A program made the translations under genes and the position numbers. From assembly GCA_030141605.1 (NCBI GenBank), contig JAQGDQ010000026.1:1005696-1069695 (forward strand): a stretch of DNA of 64,000 nucleotides. Reading direction: 5' to 3'. The first letter of the stretch is position 1. Each line of letters starts with the position of its first letter. Below the pieces are notes generated by a model that was not told where the DNA came from, did not search any database, and was given only the letters and a program-made list of their open reading frames with translations. Positions 14,937 to 28,096 of this stretch are shown piece after piece. Source of the DNA: Tubiluchus corallicola. Lineage: Eukaryota; Animalia; Priapulida.

Positions 14937-15559
14937 TAGGGTTGCCACCACTCCTGATATGGGCCGGTGTCTCTTGAAATTCAGCAATACATCCACAGTT
15001 CGGTCAGACTTTTGAAAAATCTCATGATTTCGACCATCACATTAAAATTTAAGAAGAAAAAAATGGAAATTCAAGTACAGCTTCCATGCTAATGAACCGT
15101 TGCATGAGGCTAAGCTAAAACAGCAGATCTTTGTTAAGTAAAATAGTAAAGTTATGTGGCTTCATCATTTAACGCTGTCTACATTTTTTGTCAACTTTTT
15201 GCTGTAGCGGCAAGTGCTGCAATGCAAGAATTCTTTCGGTTTAGCTCTAATTCACTTAACGCAAACCACTATATCTCCGAGACATCTCAAAAACTGTATT
15301 GGAACTGGGAAGGAACTCCAAAAATTGATGACCTATGCTTACACTTCTGTACACTCCAGTTTTAGGCTTTTTACTTTCAGAGTCTAAAATCAAGAACTAC
15401 TTTGTCGTTTATATTTCTTGATTTTTTACCTCTGAAAAAGAACTCGTAAAACGTCTAAAAACACATGAAATGCGTTGGTTTCCGGTGCCATGTCCCAGCC
15501 TCCAAAGCTGGCTCTAGACTTAACTCCTGATTTCGGTTCGTGACGAGGTGGCAACCTTA
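14937..15559. mobile_element. Non-autonomous hAT-type element (TAGGGTTGCCA TIR)
   Basis: TAGGGTTGCCACC ... GGTGGCAACCTTA, with subterminal ctcctgat motifs at both ends. TSD not evident. Confidence 0.65.
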
Positions 15560-16176
15560 TTAAAACTGTGGGCTCTTTGAATAAGATTAGAAGTAACCCA
15601 GCAAATCCCTGTTTGCTTTACAAATGGATGTGATTGTAAATATTGAACCGTAAAATAGAAGATAGGTCGCCTCGAAGAACGTACATCCAGTGTTAGAAGA
15701 CGATCGATTTTGAATTATTTTCATTAATATTATATTATTATTAATCATTTAATTACCGTTCTAAAGCTGTGCAAATACAATATATTTCGAGACAACTGAT
15801 CAGAGATTATAACTTGGGGATACGTATAAACAAATTTAATCAAGTTTTAGACTAGACGCCTACGTTCAGACCGTCCTGTCCATAAACACCGTCTTTACCG
15901 CCAACCATCATCATCATCATATTCCCATTACGTGTATTGTAGACATTATATATTGCTGTGTTTACCTATCTTAATGGCAGATTTCTTTTATTTTAGAGTT
16001 CTGTGTGCCCAATATCTTACCGCCAACCAAATCATTATAGCAATAAGCACAATGGCGACAATCTTTGGATGTTCTTCACTCGTCCAAACCGCACGCCGGA
16101 AAGTTGACGGATATTGTCAACGACTTAGCCACTGCAAGGAGGTTTTATATACCGAGTTTCTTGAGCTACTGGATTA

Positions 16177-16557
16177 TTGCGGTGAGCATCGAACGTTCGA
16201 ATTCGATTCTAACCTATAATTATAAATTCGAATATGTCAGCACTTCAACCACATACGTTCCTTATTATTAAAACATTTGAAACTTCATGCAATTAACACA
16301 TTTAGTTGTGATTTTTCTGCACAATTTTTAAATAAATTATTAGTGATTTCACTGCATAACAAAACTGAATAATATGCAGATTCTCTGTAAGACCACTTTC
16401 TACTGGCGTTCGACAACTTGTTCGAAAATTTTTCAAACAGAGTTTAAATTCGAACTCGAAACATTGAGATTCAGTTCAATTCAAGTTTAAACCACAATTC
16501 AAGTCACAAAATCACTTCGATTCTAATTCATTTTTTGGTAGAGAATGCTCAGCCATG
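16177..16557. mobile_element. TTCGAA-rich hAT-type MITE, copy 1
   Basis: ggtgagcatcgaac ... ggtagagaatgctca; internally alignable to 18354-18715 and 55807-56182. Confidence 0.75.
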
Positions 16558-17299
16558 CAGTGGCTAGTAATTAGTCAAGTCTAGCACATAAAGTCAGAGT
16601 GGTCTAACCTAGACTAGACTATCCAATTCCTTTTTTTCTTTACTGTAGAAAACAAGTTAAAAAAGCTTCTTGAGTTTCTAATAATTGAAATTTTCTGCTA
16701 ACCAAATGTAGACGGCACTGATGATGACAGCATATAAAGCTTATGTTAGGCTCTTATTAGAATATAATACTCAAGGTTAGAGTTTTTACCAATGGATCCT
16801 TACTGATTTTTTGCTGCAACATTTGCTTGTTGATGCAACATTATTTTCTAGACGTTCATTAATTCATTGTAATCTAAAATGCATGAACTATGTAGATGAA
16901 TAATAATATTAAAATTTCCGGTCGTTGGAAGAACAACACATTATTTTTTTATTTGAAGGTGTCATATAAAATCTATCATACTGCTTTGTTGATTCGCAGT
17001 TTGCTGTCTTTTCTGCTTGCACCCCATTCCAGTAAATAAGTCAGTATTTTCTTTTTATTGTAAAGTCAACCACCCTGTTTGATAGGCTATGATTGGTGGA
17101 GGTGAGTAATTAAGTGCGGAATTGACAGGAGCGATTGCCTTACAAAGTACATTTGAATTTACTTAAGAAACATTATTTAAGTTATATATAAGCTTGAGGT
17201 AATTATGCTTAAAATTTTGCAAAATTGGATATTATAAAATTAGAAAATTATATATCAGTGGATTTGGTGTGGTGTAATATAATGTATATATTATAATGT

Positions 17300-17300
17300 A

Positions 17301-17331
<31 letters not shown>

Positions 17332-17560
17332 CTTGCATACACATATATACACATAACTGTGTACTCATATAAATATATAATCATGTACGTGCTATACACC
17401 CAAGTATAATATGCACAGTACTGTGATTTAAGGGAAAGAGGAAAACACACTTCTATAATTTTCGATTATATGACACTGCTGCATATGACATGGCATGAAT
17501 CGACTATAAAGATTATATAAGAATGACACATGGGATCCATATACAAACATATATACAAGC

Positions 17561-17593
<33 letters not shown>

Positions 17594-17632
17594 GTATATA
17601 TGTATGTATGTATATATGTCTATATATATATG
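17300..17632. repeat. (TA)n / (TATG)n low-complexity tracts
   Basis: TA runs at about 17306-17331 and 17560-17630. Confidence 0.85.
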
Positions 17633-17699
17633 AGAAACAAGATGTTCTTAAGACCAGAGATTTGATTTTAATTTCATGAGAAATGGATTTCCAAAACAT

Positions 17700-17835
17700 G
17701 GGAGTTGATACTTGAGAGAACTTTGGGAACTGAAGGAAGTATTGTCTGCACGCAATCTCGTGTCAAGGTTAGTACAGCTTGGTATGTCATTAATGTATAA
17801 TAAAAATAGTAAGGGGCCCAGGGAAGAGCCTTTTG
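17700..17835 (-). mobile_element. Decayed LINE (CR1/L2-like) reverse transcriptase fragment
   Basis: Translates GSSLGPLLFLLYINDIP...RLRADNT, a degenerate QGS.LGPLLF..YINDL...FADD motif. Confidence 0.75.
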
Positions 17836-18353
17836 ATTTAGTTAGCCTCATAACAGTGAATGGTCTTCCTAATATTCTGGATTAAGAAGACATAAGGATA
17901 GTTTCAAAACTTTCACCAAGATTTTCCAACTCGAATTCGATCTAAAAAACTTGTTTGCTCGAACAAATTCAAATACATTCTAACTGGAAAATTTGATTAT
18001 CACCCTGTGTTCTTTATCAGGAAGCAATTTGAATCGAATTGAATTTGTGGCTTTCGAGCGCGAATCAAACCAAATTTTGAGGCTTTGATTCCGTATCAAC
18101 TTCGACTTCAGTTGTAGATATTTTTAAATAGATCTTTGAGTAATTAATAAAAAGCAGTCTCACACAGATCCTGCACATTACATTACTTGAATCTATTCTG
18201 CATTTAAAACCTTAATTCATTTGAAAATTGTGTGCAGAAATTAATGCTAAATTGCTGCTTCAAACGTTTTCAAAGTACAAACCTAGCTGACGCTACTCAT
18301 AGTACAAAGAACACAATGATACTTTCATATCATTTGCGCCACCACCTATATAC

Positions 18354-18715
18354 TAGGGTCCAGCATCACATGTTTTTAGTTCGAATCTAAAATAAAATTT
18401 TCGAGTAATTCAGCACTTCAGCCGCATACATTCCTTGTCATTAAAACGTTTGAACCTTCATGTAATTAGGACAGTTTAGCTGTGATTTATGTGTACTTTT
18501 TTTAAATATATTATTGGTGATTTTATAGCAGAACAAAATTGAATAATATGCTTAATTTCTGTAAGATCGATTTTTATTGACCTTTCGAAAATTTATTCAA
18601 AATCTTTCAAACAAAATACGAATTCGATTCGAAATATTGAAATTCGATTCGAATTCAATAGTTACAAATTCGATTCAATTCGAATTCGCTTTCTGGTAGA
18701 GAATGCTTAGCCTTA
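18354..18715. mobile_element. TTCGAA-rich hAT-type MITE, copy 2
   Basis: Same internal sequence as the other copies; 8-bp flanks ctatatac/ctatatat (7/8). Confidence 0.75.
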
Positions 18716-18980
18716 CTATATATTAGAATATTCAACATAAAATAAAGCATCCAGAGCAGATTCGAGCTGTAAGTAAGTAAATTTTAATGATAAATATCGT
18801 ATGTAGTTGAAGACCTTAGTTATTCAAATGCATAATTTTAAGTTCGGCTCTCACTCACGAAGCTCAAAACTTGTGGAAAAGTGCCAAAGAACCGCAACCG
18901 CAACAAAGCTGGTCGTACTAATTGCACTTTACTTGGCAATGTATTTCGTATATCACGAAACTCACGCTCGCAAAAACAGT

Positions 18981-19895
18981 TGTTGGGAGCCGTTTGGTCC
19001 ACTGCGCCAAGTAGACCAATTGGTCTACTTGGGCTGCCCAAGTAGGACACTAGAGACAGGTCGTGAATTCAGTCGTTAAGTGTACTGACACCGTCCGTTG
19101 TGCTTGTTTATGTAATAATAATAATTAAAAACGTTAATACACGTTGAATAATTTATTATACATCTAATAAAATAAAAGAATTTCATTCTGAGCTGGTAGA
19201 ACGGACTATATTAAATTTGGTTTCGATATTAATGTTGTTGAAGTGAAAAAACCCCACTTTTTTTGCGAATTCAACATTTGTTTAAGGTATATCATTTTTG
19301 ATTTTGTCTCACTTCACAAACAGGTGATCCGTTTCACTACCCCTTGGGCAAATAATTGTTTTCTTATAAGTAAACGTTCTAGCGATCTATATGTCCTACA
19401 TGGGCTAGCGAGCCATGTAGGACAGTGCCCTACATGTTACAATACTACTGATAATATTAAAACTAATTATCCTTGCTTTTCTTAAATGTTAAAAATTATT
19501 TTTTGGTGTTGTGAAGGCTTAGTAGCAGCTGTCTCATTTTTAAATTTGCAATTATTTCTGTAATAACTGTGTGCAGAATTTCTCTCTTTAAAGAATTAGA
19601 TACTAGGTTTAATGTTATGATATATTAATGGAGTTAATTATAATGATGAAATTATTGTAAGAAATGCATTTGTAAATTGCCAAGGAATATCCATTTCTAA
19701 AAGAAATTTTGTTTTATGCTTTATTATGTCATAACAATACTTATAAACAATGGTAATATAAACTGGAAACAAGTTTTGCCAGAGCAAGTTTCTCGACAAA
19801 AATCGCTAGTGTCCTACTTGGGCTGCCCATGTAGGACACTACTTTTAGCGCATCAAGTGGTCTACTTGGCGCAGTGGTCCAAACGGCTCCCAACA
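18981..19895. mobile_element. Non-autonomous DNA transposon with ~38-bp TIRs and internal palindromes
   Basis: TGTTGGGAGCCGTTTGGTCCACTGCGCCAAGTAGACCA ... TGGTCTACTTGGCGCAGTGGTCCAAACGGCTCCCAACA (one mismatch); flanks acagt/tcagt. Confidence 0.85.
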
Positions 19896-21448
19896 TCAGT
19901 GTATATTTTTTAATTTTTTGGTTGAAAGTAATACGTTACAATAAAGTGATAAATCTTCTAATAAATGGCACTTATTGTCAGCTAGTCATTCGGTCTCTGC
20001 CATCTTTCTCGGTCAGTTACACGATAGTTCTATAAATTAAATATTATAATAGTACAAGACATTAGGACATTCAAGACTAAAGTATGATGCAAATTTTTGT
20101 ACTACTACTAGTACGATTAACGAGCACGCTTAGCGAAAATATTGCCTTTACTTGTTTTAGTTTTTACGTAAAATCCCACAATATAATTGAACTTTTCGAG
20201 AACACGCTCTAACTTTTTTTTAGAACACGCTTGTTCTCTTCAGATAATTATATACGTGATTTATTTACATAAATTGTGAACGTATATTTATATAATATCG
20301 CTAGCAAGTATATAATTTCAATAAATGTAATGAACAATCTAATGTAGTAAATTACATTATAGTGTTAAGACTGTGTAGTTATGTTGTTACTGTATTCTAA
20401 AGAGGAAAGGAAGCACTTTTTCAAAATGTCATTGTTTACAACTGTTCAATGTTTTTTTTATAAATATATTGTAAGCTTGTATGCTTCTTGACATTAAGAA
20501 TTTTGTAGTAGCTTAAACAGTGTTTTTTGTGATAGATCTGCATGATCTGACCTAATTGGAATGACTGTTGTTTACAGTTTCTCTTTTTGAGTTTTGTAGG
20601 CAGCTTGGATAACCTTCACATATCAAGTTCGATGTTTTTAAATTGCTTAATGATTAGGTCATGAGCTGTTAAAAGCCTATGCTTGAACTTATAGGGAAAA
20701 ACAAATTTTAAAATTAGTTTCGTGTAAAATGTAACTACTTTGGTGCCTTTGCTTTTTGGGTAGGCCTAGTTCTTTCCAATAATTTTCTATTATTTTGCAC
20801 ATGCCTTTCCACCACCATACCAAAAGCCCTAGTATAATAAAATAACATTCGGACACAATTCTGTCTTAATCTGAGAGACTAATCTAAATTGTAAACTACG
20901 CACTTTCTCAGTGTGTTTTACAAATCAGTTTATGGTCATTTGATAGTAATTGTGTTAGCTGCTTATATTATTAATAATTTAATGAGATTTAATAACTTCT
21001 ATTTAGTTGGCTTTGAGATTAACTGTTAACATGTAGATACCCAAACGCTTATCTTAAACTTATCACAATTTACTTATGATCAATTTACTTATGGTAACAA
21101 ATTATACCTGCAGTCTTGCACCTGAGGCTCCTTTATTAAATTGGTGTGCTTTATCAAAGAACCAAGATTTTATTGGAGTTGTCAAATGACTGATAAATAC
21201 CAGTTTTAGTTTTGGAAAAGTGTTTGCGTTTTGTATCTGTTTTATATTTACATACATGTATTGCTTTCTTATTGTTGCAGGAGATGCTCTTGTTTAACCT
21301 TAGTGATGATAGGTGCAGTGGGCCAGAGAAGCCTCTTGATTTCAGCAACTTTGAATGAAGCCTGACACGACAGCTATGTCGATTACAGAGTGCATTCAAA
21401 TGATAATATCATTAAAATATCGCCAAAATATTTTCAAAGAACTAAGAC

Positions 21449-21662
21449 ATGGTTGGACATGTTAAGCTGAAGCGTGTACTTCTGATATTGCTTGTAGCCT
21501 TAGTGTTTTATTTAATACGTAGTTATGAAAATGATCCACTAATGTTTGTTGAGGGTGGAGAAAAGGATGCTTTAGCCAAGGAGCTCTTGCTAGCAAGAAA
21601 AAATAATTCCATAATTAATTTTTCGCAACAGTCACCTTGTAAACTATATCCGTCTACTGTAG
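21449..21662 (+). CDS. Gene A: GT7 beta-1,4-galactosyltransferase / beta-1,4-GalNAc-transferase (bre-4-like), coding exon 1; join 21449-21662,21991-22109,24937-25053,25532-25719,28097-28219,28421-28718 (352 aa)
   Basis: Type II membrane N-terminus MVGHVKLKR-VLLILLVALVFYLI, stem, then C...PSTV. Exon acceptor at 21280, donor gtaagt. The join totals 1059 nt in frame. Confidence 0.85.
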
Positions 21663-21990
21663 GTAAGTATGGAAGTAATCTACGACTGACTGGCTAAGTT
21701 AATTTATCAAAACTGTTATAATATTTGCTAAATAAATTTTATGTTAAATGTAAGCTTAAGCATTGAGTATTACTACAACTCATAATTGAATAAACCTGGC
21801 CTGTCTGCCATCAAACTTCCCGCATACTATTTATTAATTTTAGGCTAAACAGGCAATCTTAATAGGATAATTTTTCATTCAATTACACAGCTGATTTTAA
21901 TTATTAAAGCCTGTTCAGTATTTTGTGCAGTAGCTTTGTCAGATTAATCATTGTCTACATGCCACCTAAACTTTGTTCAACTTTCTTTAG

Positions 21991-22109
21991 TGGGTGTAAG
22001 AAAAGTTTATCCGCATGGATTTCTGTCATTACGGGATGTTCGAAACGCAAATCCACATGTTCATTTTGGTGGTAAATGGAAACCGACATCTTGTTTTGCT
22101 CGACAAAAG
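21991..22109 (+). CDS. Gene A coding exon 2
   Basis: ctttag acceptor. Reads VGVRKVYPHGFLSLRDVRNANPHVHFGGKWKPTSCFARQK (GG.W.P..C motif). Donor gtttca. Confidence 0.9.
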
Positions 22110-22206
22110 GTTTCATTTGTTGTATTTTTTAATGTAGGTTACAGTAAATAAGGTGGTTAGTTATTTTTCTTTTTGTCTTGCATTGTGTTGACCAGTTTGT
22201 TATTAA

Positions 22207-24333
22207 AGGGGGAATATCATGAAAATCAAGTTAAACTTATTTTATAGTTGCCTTCTCCCTGGACTTCTTGGCAAAATTTTTTTAGCAGTACATTACCTGA
22301 GTAATTAACTTTTTTTATATCTTGTGGGAAACGCCATGGAGCTGCATTTACGCCTCTTCCGGTGAAAAAATTTAACTAGCGCAGCTCTGCTGGTGACGTA
22401 GCAGAGTGTACTTGCAGCTTGTTGTGATACTGTCATACCCAACTGTGCTAAAAATAAAGCTGTTATTACTACATTACCGTATTTGACCTTGAGTCGGATA
22501 GGTAGTCAGCTGATAGAAACAATTGTCGTTGCGCTCATTCACACGTTTTCATCAAATTCTGCAAAGACGATATATTTTACTACCGCCGAAAGTTATAGGT
22601 CCATTGTAGATAGATGGTAAACAATCATTGTGCAAGACCTACGGCATATTGTGAAAATTCTTGTAGCATTAATTGAAAACACTGTCTGCAATACAAGCTA
22701 CAAAAGTGTGGGTCTTGGTAATAAATATTTTTTTCTTGTAAAACAAGTCCCATAAAATAACTTCATTCTGTTAGAAAAATTAATGAATTTGCGAACACAG
22801 AAACTCACTGAAGCATAATTATAATGTTAGTGTGACAATTTTTAGCGACAGCTTCATTTTATCAGCCTTGACAAAAAATATGTGAACCACATGGACACAG
22901 AGACTATAACATATTAGTTGTAGAATTAGTGATTAAACATAATGAACATTTTTAACTTTGTTTCAGTCAATAAAATCAGTAAAACTTTTAATATCAACCA
23001 GAACTTTAACTGTTGTTTGTTAGCTTTTGTTTTTACATGATAACAACATGTTGTGTTCATTTTTACAGAGTAGTATTATTAAAATATTAGGATTAAATAA
23101 AATTCTTGTGGTCAGTTGGACTGAAATAAAACTTAATGATAATAATACATTTGTTATTAACATATTATTATCCACTTTTTACAAAATAAAAAAGTAACCG
23201 TATAATGTGGTTCGATGACAAAATAATTATTTATTGTGTTATTTAAAGCAAGGTTATTCTGACACTCATTCTATTACAAAGTTGAAAAAAGTATATATAG
23301 TATAAAATAATTTAGTACAATGCTCTTTCTGCTACACAAATTACCAGATATAGTGAGCTCATTGTTTATGGTGTAACGATTAACAATTTACAGTTGTCAA
23401 TTTACGATTTACAGTGTCTTTTTCTTTAGTTAATATTCAAAATTCAGGCAGAGAAAACATCATAAATAAAATTTTAGCGCAAAAAATTGCATTACGTAAT
23501 GTGATTATGTGATTTTTTTTATTGAAATGGATACAAATCTCGAGGTGACTAAACTGCATCGATAAACAATGCACTTGGGCTTAAAATGAAACAAATCAAC
23601 ACTACCAAAAACTGCATCTGACTAAATCTGTGCGAAGTGTAAGCACTGTATTTTTACACTAGAGGTCATAATGTTCTAAACTCGCGTTTCAAAGCAAACA
23701 GTCGATAAATTATCACACATAGATCAAGTGATGGCAGTTTGTAGGCATGAATCCAGCTTTTTTAGATTGTGCTTTCATTGCTTCAATAATTTTCTGTTGC
23801 TCATTAGAAACAAAGTTAAAGTTTTTATATTTTGGCTTCGTATTATGACACTTTCCTTCTGACTGCTGCATCGATCGGCCCGTTTAAATTGCTGAATCCT
23901 AGTGTAACACGTTCCACGGCTGTTTTTCAATAAGAACAATCACGATGACCGAAACCAAGCAAATCAAGCATTCAATCCGCAATAGGCTAATCTTTAGCGA
24001 TACCGTCATAAGGTATAATCTACGAAAAAAGTACTGTATGCTGACGCTGCTTGCTGGTGCAAACGAATACTCAAACAGTGCGTACAGCGTAGGCATTCTC
24101 CCTTTATGATTTATACCAAGTTTCATTTGTAATACTCCAATTTTTGCCACTAGATGTGCAGGTGCAGGTCCATGCTTAATGGCGGCATAGTCAAATGTTC
24201 GTTTTGTATACAATTTTATCCGCACTTTTGCCAAGGATTCTTAAACATGAAATTTTCGTGAAGAATGAGGTACCTATTTGTATTCGGAATGTAGTCGCAA
24301 GTTATTCAAGCTCAACTTGGTGATATTCCCCCT
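22207..24333. mobile_element. Kolobok-type (TTAA-targeting) non-autonomous DNA transposon in intron 2 of gene A
   Basis: ttaa|AGGGGGAATATCA ... TGATATTCCCCCT|ttaa: perfect 13-bp TIR, TTAA TSD and AG...CT termini. No transposase ORF. Confidence 0.85.
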
Positions 24334-24936
24334 TTAAGATCTTCAGAATGTTGAAGCTGCAAGAAATTTGTGTCGTTATCTTTTTCATTTAACTATAAAA
24401 TCTAATTTTATGTGCATGTATGTGGATAATTAGTAGTAAAGGTTTGAGGTTCATTGTAATCAGACTTTCACCTTGCCCCAGCATTAATTGAAAAAAAACA
24501 GTGTTCATGTGTGAGTTAGGACATTATAGCAGAATTACTTGTAACGCATTGAAGTACTGTAACTGCTGATTATTACTTGACTTTCTGTAGTGGCATCTTG
24601 TGGATTTACTGAAGTTCTTGTTTCACTACAGCATAGGGCAAAAAATGCCAATATTATTTAATAATTACCTAGTAAAAATAGTCGATAACTAGTAAAACTC
24701 CAACTGTCAGAAACGACATATAGATTATTGTATCCTTCAGTTTTTTGTTCCTCGTATCTTAGTTTTTAAGAGGGAATTCACATTATTTCAGCATATTGGG
24801 CAATAACTGATTTTTTTTAACTGTCTTCGTGTTGTCACTTTCTTTAAGCAGAGTAAACAAATCTGTTTGCATTAGTTGTTGTACCTACCTATAAAGAAAG
24901 AGGTAAGGTGATAACTTAATTCCTTCATTTCTTTAG

Positions 24937-25053
24937 GTGGCAGTAATCATACCATACAGGGATAGATGGCAGCACTTGTGTTTATTGCTCAAATATTTGC
25001 ATACTATCATGATGAATCAGCAACTTGACTATCAAGTTATTGTGGTGGAGCAG
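24937..25053 (+). CDS. Gene A coding exon 3
   Basis: Reads VAVIIPYRDRWQHLCLLLKYLHTIMMNQQLDYQVIVVEQ; canonical splice sites. Confidence 0.93.
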
Positions 25054-25531
25054 GTAAATTTTCTGTTTCAGTGCATGTAGATTTGAATACCTTGACATTT
25101 CATGGAATAAAAATATCAAAATAAAAAGTAAAAAAAAAATCATTGATTTACAAAATTGCAGAATTTGGACAGGATCTATAATTTATAGAGCTACTTTAAG
25201 GTTAATTTATAAATTTGCTTTTGTTGTTATAGCTTTATCAACTAACGATAGAAAGATTATCTGGCCAGATTTGGATTCGTATGTTAACCAACTCGAATCA
25301 TCTTCGAAACTGAAATTGCTCAACTCCAGAAAAGCAATATGTGTGAAATTTCTTCTGTCCGTTATGCATTTTTTCAATCAATTTTTCAATTTTTTTGTTA
25401 TAAAAGTATATTTGGAGCATTACTTCTTTAGATAATTCTCAGGTAAGCTAGGTGGTGAGCAGACTCAAGATTGTTAAAATTCAGGTCTGAGAGTCCTATT
25501 TTGTGGCCTTTGAACAGTTTTGTTTTTGCAG

Positions 25532-25719
25532 GCAGGTACAAAGGCTTTCAATAAAGGTCGAATCATGAACGTTGCATTTGACGAGAGCTTAAAGTTGGAA
25601 AAGTTCGACTGTTTTGTCTTTCATGATGTCGACTTAATTCCTGAGAATGATTACAACTTATACTCTTGTGGTGAACAGCCAAAGCATCTTTCTCCTGCTG
25701 TGGATGAAATGAGATACAC
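25532..25719 (+). CDS. Gene A coding exon 4 (DXD motif)
   Basis: Reads AGTKAFNKGRIMNVAF...CFVFHDVDLIPEND.N.YSC...PKHLSPAVDEMRY; 188 nt. Confidence 0.95.
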
Positions 25720-25869
25720 GTTTGTATTAAATTATTTGCTAAGCATTCATTTGAAAAGACAACATTTGGTAGCTAGATGGGTTTTATATTTCATCCTACT
25801 AGCAGAATATTTTTTCTGTATTTATGTTGTTACTGGATGCCATTGCATTTTCTCATGACAATCTAATAT

Positions 25870-26600
25870 CGTGTTTAGTGGTGTCATTTCCACGATAGAC
25901 CTCAATGCACGGGCTACCAACTTGAATGTAATCGCTTGCCAATTAGGTGACATTCGTCATGTAATCCATACAGACCTCAATGTAATCCGATGCAGCGTTA
26001 ATGACTTTCTACTCTATCACCTTCCTACTGCCTCTTCAACCTGAAGGCGGAATGCTTTTTGACAGACAACTCCTTTGAGCTGTCAATGTTTTACCGGAAC
26101 GAAACAAATTTCGAACTGCAACAGCACAAAGTCGTGGACTTCAGAGTTTCAATCATGTCGCTTCGTCTCTGGCATCAATTAGCATACTGAACTTTGTTCT
26201 GCTCAAGAATTTCCTTAAAATGCCAACTATCGACATTGCACTACACAAACTGAAGACAGCTGTTACACACTAAAAGCAACTCTTACTCACCGATGACATA
26301 CTTTACACATGTTAATACTGACTTTACAGAACATAGAGCAGGGACACTGGTGACATCTCATTATTACTGGTGTCATCATCACCATACTCGTTGAACTGAT
26401 CTACTTCAACCACAAACCAAACTTTATGCTCCACATTTCCGGATGCATGGTAGCTACACGACACGATGCCCACAAACCTCTTCACCACGTCAACCCTTCA
26501 CCACTTGCTCCACAACCACGTTAGACCCACTTGCAACCATGGAGTCAAAACCACTCTTCAGCCTTCCTCCACGGAGCACCTCCCTCGTTGATACCTCAAG
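25870..26600 (+). mobile_element. Probable highly decayed non-LTR retrotransposon 3' fragment
   Basis: C/A-rich, GC-elevated intronic block with remnants resembling a LINE C-terminal zinc-finger region (PQT...PLAPQP). No intact frame. Confidence 0.3.
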
Positions 26601-28096
26601 TACTTCTGTCAATTAAAATGCAAATTGTTTATTGTCTTTAACTGCATTTGGGCCTAGAGATCTGGAGCGTGTTACTCATCCTTAGTGCTGGATCAATGTG
26701 CTATCAATATAAGGAAACCTATGAATTGTATATCATGGTTCCAGAAGCAGTTTAAACCATATTGGATTAGTATACCCTATGAAATATTGATAACATACTG
26801 ACACAATGTGTAATATTATTGATGCGTACAACTTAGTTAGTATCATGCCTCTCCATTTCAGTGTGTTTAATGTGTAAACCTTTTGCACTTCTTCACCATG
26901 GGGAAGAAAGGAGAGAGAGCCTAACCATATATGAACCATTTATATAAGCAGTTCTATATTGGTTACTTATATAGATGGATATGTACCAGCAACTTATTAT
27001 TAACCAACTGTTATCTTTTGTATTGTCTTTTGTAGATTTAGTCATATGCCAATGATTATTTTTAATTTCAATTTCATTAATTTTAATTTCAATTATCTTG
27101 CAATTCAATTGTCACTTAATCTTTTGACTCATCGTATCTATGCAACATCATCATGTAACGGTCAGCATGTACCAGGATGCACTTGTCTTGTCTGCTGGAT
27201 GCAGTGCTGTCTCACAGGATGGTCCGAGGCTTAATGTGGGATTAAGTGTAACTGGACACCATTCCATTTTCTCATAACAATCCTTAGCTTCTCATAACAA
27301 CGACGTTAATAACATCCTGGTAATCAACCTCTAACCATACTGTGAGTCAGAACCTCAGTATGGCTCCTGGCGCCGACAAGCACAGTTCATTAGTGAATAT
27401 TAGTCTGCTTGTGTATATGGTTCATACTCATCTTGCCCATGTTGTTACATGCATAATAAAAGGTTTCTCTGAAACCATACTTACTAGTTTTGGGTTAGTG
27501 TTTATCGTTGTTACAATATTGGTTCTCAAGATTGCTAATGTGGCAAAGTCGGTCATTATCCAGTCTTCAAAGCTTAAAAAAGGCAATTTCGATCAAGTAA
27601 AAGTAAACTAGTAGTAAAAGTGTATGTCTGGTTTTACTGGTTCTGGATCTATCAGCTCACAAATATAGATCTTTATTTCCTTTCTATTATAGTTCTAACA
27701 TTAGTGCTCCTTATTGACGGTACAAACCCACAATTAAATGGATTTTGATAAGATTGTAACTAACTATTACGTGCTGCATACTTTTAGCGATCGTGGAAGA
27801 GCAGTGTTGCTATTGTTGTAACAGAACTGATATTTTTATGTGATCAATCGACCATATAATGCATAAAGTAAAATGTATAAAAATGTATTACTGACTATCT
27901 TATGATATCTCATTCATTTGATTCCCATTTTGATGTCTTTGTACAAATGATACCAACTGTTCTTTTACTTCTACAAACCTGCACCAGCTTTCTGTTTTTC
28001 TGCTTGTCAGTTTTTAATATAATTACTCTATACAATAACAGTGTTATAAAATTAATGTTGTAATCATCTGTTAAAATTATTTTTTATGCCTGACAG

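Noticed and set aside
16052-16181. ATG-initiated plus-strand exon MATIFGCSS...LDYC with a GTGAGC donor
   Set aside because: The apparent donor is part of the MITE terminus, the peptide is unrecognised, and no compatible downstream coding exon was found.
26667-26704. Weak similarity to antisense U6 snRNA
   Set aside because: Only short gapped matches; not distinguishable from chance.
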